Below are positions 59,810-64,000 of a DNA stretch of 64,000 bases, in pieces (the stretch's first letter is position 1; every line of letters starts with the position of its first letter). The notes beneath the pieces are model-generated. The model saw only the letters and a program-made list of their open reading frames with translations, did no database searches and was not told where the DNA came from. The stretch lies in the IMG/VR virus record IMGVR_UViG_3300009503_000955, one strand, 5' to 3'. Position numbers and translations under genes: made by a program. This DNA comes from an uncultured virus (IMG/VR IMGVR_UViG_3300009503_000955) (Duplodnaviria; Heunggongvirae; Uroviricota; Caudoviricetes).

Positions 59810-60002
59810 ACGAGGAAGGCTATTTGGAAGTGATAGGACTTCCAATGGCTAACCTGTAAGCCAGTTCCTATCGCTGGTGATAAAGGGACAGGTGGACTGT
59901 TAAGTATTCAACTTAACAGACTGGGTTCAAATCCCACCGTTTCGGCTATGAAGTCGGCGGAGAGAGTGAAAGGCAAAACCTCACTTGCCAAACCTTCCTC
60001 GT
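59810..60002 (+). ncRNA. Candidate ~190-nt structured non-coding RNA with a T-loop element
   Basis: GC-rich island, terminal stem ACGAGGAAGG/CCTTCCTCGT, several internal hairpins, complementary loops, and TGGGTTCAAATCCCA. Confidence 0.75.
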
Positions 60003-60042
60003 AGGAAAAAGGGGAAAATGGAAACAAAAAAAGGAGGGAAAA

Positions 60043-60378
60043 ATGAAGAAAAAAGAAGTAAGAGAAGAGATTGAAAGAGAAATGAGAAAAGGATCTGCAG
60101 AAGAGGTCGACAAAGGGATAATTAGCGAAAAGATGAATAAGACAATTAGTGAAGAGATGACTGAGGAATCCCTTTTTCGTGGGCCTAGTTTTCTTGAAGG
60201 AGCAATTTTCATACAAATGGGACTTTCTCTTTTGCTTATATTTTTAGGTTGGTCATGTGGCGATAAGTTAATGTCTATTGTAGGGTTTACCTTAGGTGGG
60301 ATATTTATGTTAGGATTCATTTTTACTTTGTATTTTATGATTTATTTAGAAGTACATGAACGAAGCAAACAAAAATAA
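60043..60378 (+). CDS. Two-TM membrane protein
   Basis: SD and two hydrophobic helices. Confidence 0.65.
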   Translation: MKKKEVREEIEREMRKGSAEEVDKGIISEKMNKTISEEMTEESLFRGPSFLEGAIFIQMGLSLLLIFLGWSCGDKLMSIVGFTLGGIFMLGFIFTLYFMIYLEVHERSKQK

Positions 60379-60428
60379 AGAAGGAAAAAATGCTTCTAAA
60401 AATTGAAATTTGAAAAAAGGAGGAAAAA

Positions 60429-60644
60429 ATGAAGAAAAAAGATTTTATGCCTATCTTATTATTAATATCTATTTATATTTTATTCTCAGCAACATTAATT
60501 TTTCATTATATTATAAAAAATAATAACAGTATTTTAAAATACAATATAGAAAGAGATATAAAAATTTCAATAGATGATTTACAAAGAAATAAATGTGATG
60601 AAAATGCTATGGAACTTACATTAAAAAAACTAAATATAAAATAG
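60429..60644 (+). CDS. Single-TM hypothetical protein
   Basis: AGGAGG SD and N-terminal hydrophobic helix. Confidence 0.6.
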   Translation: MKKKDFMPILLLISIYILFSATLIFHYIIKNNNSILKYNIERDIKISIDDLQRNKCDENAMELTLKKLNIK

Positions 60645-60656
60645 AAAGGAGAAAAA

Positions 60657-60980
60657 ATGGATAATAAGATAAGAGATATAAGAAAGATTGATAAAATAGA
60701 AAGATTAAAGACGTTTTTGAAAAATGAAATAAGTTATTTAGAAAAAAATCTTTCAAGTAAAAACGATGCTTTTTTTCTTTGTGAATTGTATATGGCTTTG
60801 GAAGATATATCACCTTATATTGGAATATATATTCCAGAAACATTAAAGAATAAGTATAGAGATATACTAAGTAAGGTATCAATATATATGGATATTGTAG
60901 ATCAATTAGAAAAAATAATAACTGGAATGGAAGTTTTAAAAGAATCAATAAAAATAAGAAAAAGTGAATGGCCAAAATGA
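60657..60980 (+). CDS. Hypothetical protein
   Basis: AGGAG SD. Confidence 0.65.
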   Translation: MDNKIRDIRKIDKIERLKTFLKNEISYLEKNLSSKNDAFFLCELYMALEDISPYIGIYIPETLKNKYRDILSKVSIYMDIVDQLEKIITGMEVLKESIKIRKSEWPK

Positions 60981-60987
60981 GGGAAAA

Positions 60988-61287
60988 ATGAAGAAAAAAG
61001 AAGTAAGAGACGGAATTGAAAAAGAAATGAAAGAGATGAGAAAAGAAAAAATTGTTAAGATTTTTCACAAGTATTGTTCTAGGTCTTCAGATAATAAAGG
61101 TGGTTGTTTTTTACCAAGTTCTAAATATGATGAAGTGGCGGAAATGATTGTTAGTGAAATAGTAAAAATGCTTAATAGAATAAAGCGGAAGGTAAAACAA
61201 TTAGTTTTTTTAGATGATTTAGATAGGAGAGATATCAATTGGGTAATTAACGAAGAAATAAAAAAGTTAAAAAAAGAAAAGGAGTAA
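60988..61287 (+). CDS. Hypothetical protein sharing its N-terminus with 60043
   Basis: GAGGG SD and MKKKEVR start. Confidence 0.6.
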   Translation: MKKKEVRDGIEKEMKEMRKEKIVKIFHKYCSRSSDNKGGCFLPSSKYDEVAEMIVSEIVKMLNRIKRKVKQLVFLDDLDRRDINWVINEEIKKLKKEKE

Positions 61288-61289
61288 AA

Positions 61290-61421
61290 ATGACAGAAGA
61301 GGAAAAAAAGAAATTATTAGCAGAATTAATTCAAAAACAATTAAGGAAACAATTTGAGAAGAAGTTAAAGGAAAAAGTAGATAAAGAAGATTTAGTTAAT
61401 TGGGCAAGAAAAGAGAAATAG
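61290..61421 (+). CDS. 43-aa helical protein (not in the ORF track)
   Basis: AGGAG SD. MTEEEKKKLLAELIQKQLRKQFEKKLKEKVDKEDLVNWARKEK fills the gap exactly. Confidence 0.55.
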   Translation: MTEEEKKKLLAELIQKQLRKQFEKKLKEKVDKEDLVNWARKEK

Positions 61422-61430
61422 GGAGGAATA

Positions 61431-62369
61431 ATGCAAAATATATTAGTTACTGGTGTAGATGGCTTTATAGGTTCTCGTTTTTGTAGTATTTTATCTTCTA
61501 ATAAAAAGTATACAGTAGTAGGAACTATTTTTAATAAAAGTATGAAAAAACACGAATTACCTCAAAATATAAAAGTAGAAATATGTGATTTAACAAGTAT
61601 AGAAACATTTTCTATTTTAGAAAAATACAAACCAGTCAAAATATACCATTTTGCTGCTCAAGCTATTGTAAAAGAATCTCAGACAAATCCCTTCTTTACA
61701 CTACATAATAATATTATGAGTACTTTGATGTTATTAGAAGGAACAAAAAGATATTGTAAGGATATAGAACTATTCTACTATCATTCTACAGATAAAGTAT
61801 TTGGAAATAAAGAACAAGCAAAAGAAGAAGATAAATATGTAGTAACTGACCCTTATTCAGCATCAAAAATCTCTTCTGAAATAGTATGTCAAGCTTATAG
61901 AAACTTATATAATCTACCAATTGTAATTGGTAGATCCTGCAATGTATATGGACCAAAAGACTTTAATAGTAGAGTAATTCCAAATACAATAAAAGATATT
62001 ATACTAAATTCACAAGCTATTATTTATGATCAAGATAAATATATGTATAGACAATATATATATGTAGATGACCTTTGCAATATTATACAAAGTATTAAAT
62101 CTGGTAAGAAAACTTTTTATAATATATCACCAGTATCAAAAGAAAGTATCATAAATACAGAAAATTTAGTTTTATTAATAATAGATATAGCAAAAGCACT
62201 TTTTGATATAAAAGTAAAAATAATTAGAAAAAAGAAAGAAAAAATATTAGAAATACATTCGCAATCACTTTGTACTTCTTTTAAAAATTATCCTTATACA
62301 GACTTATCACAAGGACTGATTTATACTTTCTTATGGTATAAAGATTTTCTATATAACAAAAAATTATGA
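61431..62369 (+). CDS. NAD-dependent nucleotide-sugar epimerase/4,6-dehydratase (extended SDR)
   Basis: ILVTGVDGFIG, HFAAQ, STDKVFG, YSASK and NVYGP. Confidence 0.92.
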   Translation: MQNILVTGVDGFIGSRFCSILSSNKKYTVVGTIFNKSMKKHELPQNIKVEICDLTSIETFSILEKYKPVKIYHFAAQAIVKESQTNPFFTLHNNIMSTLMLLEGTKRYCKDIELFYYHSTDKVFGNKEQAKEEDKYVVTDPYSASKISSEIVCQAYRNLYNLPIVIGRSCNVYGPKDFNSRVIPNTIKDIILNSQAIIYDQDKYMYRQYIYVDDLCNIIQSIKSGKKTFYNISPVSKESIINTENLVLLIIDIAKALFDIKVKIIRKKKEKILEIHSQSLCTSFKNYPYTDLSQGLIYTFLWYKDFLYNKKL

Positions 62370-62405
62370 AACTTTTTGCAACTTTGGAGCATCTAAATAT
62401 ATAGA
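62368..62405 (+). promoter_or_regulatory. ECF-sigma-like promoter motif copy 6
   Basis: Identical to copy 4 over 47 bp (62362-62408 vs 59692-59738). Confidence 0.8.
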
Positions 62406-62414
62406 AAGGATAGA

Positions 62415-64000
62415 ATGGATTATAAATTACACTTAACTTATGATGATAAAAATCAAAATGTATGTGTTAAATTTCCCTATGAGATGAAAGAAGAATTACA
62501 GCATATACCTAAAGTTTATGATAGAAAAAATTTTAGGTATATACTTTCAAATGAATTCGATATTCCTATATTACTCAAATTATTTAAAGAAAATGAAATT
62601 CGTAAAGATGATTCTTTCGAAAATTTCTACAATAATCATTTTTTACCAAATTTAAGAAAAATATTTCTAATACAGAGTGGACAAGGAAAAAATATAATAA
62701 ATAGAGAATTATTAGAAAAATCTGGATTGAAAGATTATAATTTAGTACGGGATTATCAACTCACCGCAATTACATTTGCTTATTACAGAAAAAAAGTTCT
62801 TATCGCAGATGAAATGGGATTAGGAAAATGTCTTACGTCTTTAGCAGTTACTTTACTTGCCAAGAATGATAAATCTTGCAAATCAGTATTAATCGTTTGT
62901 CCGAACTCAACAAAAAAATCGGTTTGGGAAAAAGAAATAAAAAAGTGGACAAATGAAAGTCATATCATATACGAATCGTCAAAAAAGATGGATTTAACAC
63001 AACTTCTACACGAAAATTTTTATACTATAATTAATTATGAAGCTATAAGAAAAGTATATAATGATATATTATCTAATAAAATTAACGATTTATTTCTTAT
63101 AGTAGATGAATGTCATTTTGTTAAAAATAGAAAAGCATTACAAACAGGAGCAATAAAAAGTTTAAGTAGTATTAGTAATTATCTACTTTTACTATCGGGT
63201 ACTCCTATTTTAAATGCAGTAGATGATTTATGGAGTATTATGGATTGCATAAACACAAATTTATTAGGAAAATATTGGGATTTTGTTAATAGGTACTGTA
63301 TACTTAAGGAAAAGCGTGTAGGCCCCGGGATAACGATTAATCGAGTTGTTGGTGATAAAAACATGAATGAATTAAAAGAAAGAATGGCTCCTTATTATAT
63401 AAGACGAACAAAAGATGAAGTATTAAAAGAATTACCTGAAAAAATTTACAAAACATATACAGTAGATTTATATCCAAAGCAAAGAGAAATTTGGAAATAT
63501 ATAACAAGTAATTTTGAAACTAAAATAAATAATAAAGAAATTAAAGTAGATAAAAATTCTATAAAAAATATATTAATAAAATTACTTCAACTTTGTGATA
63601 CAACATACGGGTTTTGTGATGATGAAGTATCTTCAAAATTAGACTTATGTATAGAAATTATAAAAGAAATAATGTCTGAACACAAAATTGTAGTATTTAC
63701 TTGGTTTGTAAATACGGCAAGGGTTCTAAAAAAACGATTAGATCAAGAAAGAATAGAATGTGTCCAGATTGATGGAGAAACTTCAATAGAAGATAGATCT
63801 AAATATGTTAAAAAATTTCAAGAAGATGAGAATTGCAGGGTTTTTATATCTACTATATCTACAAGTGGATTAGGATTAGATTTATATAGTGCCGATGTTT
63901 GTATTTTTGTATCAAGATCATGGACACCTAAAGTTAATGAACAAGCGGAAGATAGAGTACATAGATTAGGACAAAAAAAAGCAGTAAATATTATAAATAT
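62415..64000 (+). CDS. SNF2-family helicase/ATPase, 3'-truncated (absent from the ORF track)
   Basis: RDYQ, ADEMGLGKC (motif I), IVCP, INYE, VDECH (motif II), LSGTP..N, GLGLDL and QAEDRVHRLGQ (motif VI). Confidence 0.95.
   Translation, partial: MDYKLHLTYDDKNQNVCVKFPYEMKEELQHIPKVYDRKNFRYILSNEFDIPILLKLFKENEIRKDDSFENFYNNHFLPNLRKIFLIQSGQGKNIINRELLEKSGLKDYNLVRDYQLTAITFAYYRKKVLIADEMGLGKCLTSLAVTLLAKNDKSCKSVLIVCPNSTKKSVWEKEIKKWTNESHIIYESSKKMDLTQLLHENFYTIINYEAIRKVYNDILSNKINDLFLIVDECHFVKNRKALQTGAIKSLSSISNYLLLLSGTPILNAVDDLWSIMDCINTNLLGKYWDFVNRYCILKEKRVGPGITINRVVGDKNMNELKERMAPYYIRRTKDEVLKELPEKIYKTYTVDLYPKQREIWKYITSNFETKINNKEIKVDKNSIKNILIKLLQLCDTTYGFCDDEVSSKLDLCIEIIKEIMSEHKIVVFTWFVNTARVLKKRLDQERIECVQIDGETSIEDRSKYVKKFQEDENCRVFISTISTSGLGLDLYSADVCIFVSRSWTPKVNEQAEDRVHRLGQKKAVNIIN

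Noticed and set aside
59698..59810. Two 38-bp repeats with a 20-bp gap as a mini-CRISPR array
   Set aside because: The variable part is inside the repeat, the intervening sequence is itself largely duplicated, single copies lie upstream of genes elsewhere, and no cas genes are present. It fits a promoter.
59821..59895. Pistol or twister ribozyme
   Set aside because: The pseudoknot topology is loosely similar, but I could not place the conserved catalytic nucleotides or the P3 stem.
59870..59950. tRNA or tmRNA suggested by GGTTCAAATCC
   Set aside because: I could not build an acceptor stem, a 7-nt anticodon loop or a CCA end. It is kept as part of the larger RNA candidate.
654..63364. Minus-strand ORFs in the track (for example 654-944, 3186-3545, 34699-35007, 59908-60320, 60616-61068) and nested + ORFs 28645-28839 and 35577-35759
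   Set aside because: They overlap well-supported + strand genes, lack recognisable motifs, and show the F/L/I/S-rich composition of antisense shadows.
1..64000. Stop-codon reassignment (code 15 or 4) as in some large phages
   Set aside because: Genes up to 4.5 kb are uninterrupted in code 11, and TAG/TGA end genes at sensible boundaries. The breaks found are frameshifts or a decayed fragment.

Overview
This window is 64 kb of a very AT-rich, large tailed bacteriophage genome, with essentially all credible genes on the + strand. From left to right: (i) a 5'-truncated multidomain protein (24-aa repeats, WCT domain, HAD phosphatase) and a block of virion-like or lectin (LamG) proteins that unexpectedly carry Sec signal peptides, followed by holin/lipoprotein genes; (ii) a siphovirus-type tail module (head-tail adaptor, terminator, tube, G/GT chaperone with a clear -1 frameshift signal, tape measure, hub) and about 15 kb of very large fibre, Ig, Kelch and propeller proteins; (iii) peptidoglycan-enzyme genes (amidase, 3D, GH108-like, permuted NlpC/P60); (iv) seven amino-DNA methyltransferases, one with a LAGLIDADG intein and six sharing a C-terminal xLF/MF tail; (v) a glycosyltransferase/SAM-methyltransferase cluster between virion-like genes, plus a sugar-nucleotide epimerase; (vi) a 3'-truncated SNF2 helicase missing from the ORF track. 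Notable non-coding signals are six copies of a 38-bp ECF-sigma-like promoter (GAAACTTTTT-N8-GGAGCATCTAAATATATAGA), a highly structured ~190-nt RNA candidate behind a tandem pair of them, a second ~93-nt stem-loop RNA candidate, and one perfect sigma70 promoter. All calls are from manual motif reading; no searches or folding programs were run.
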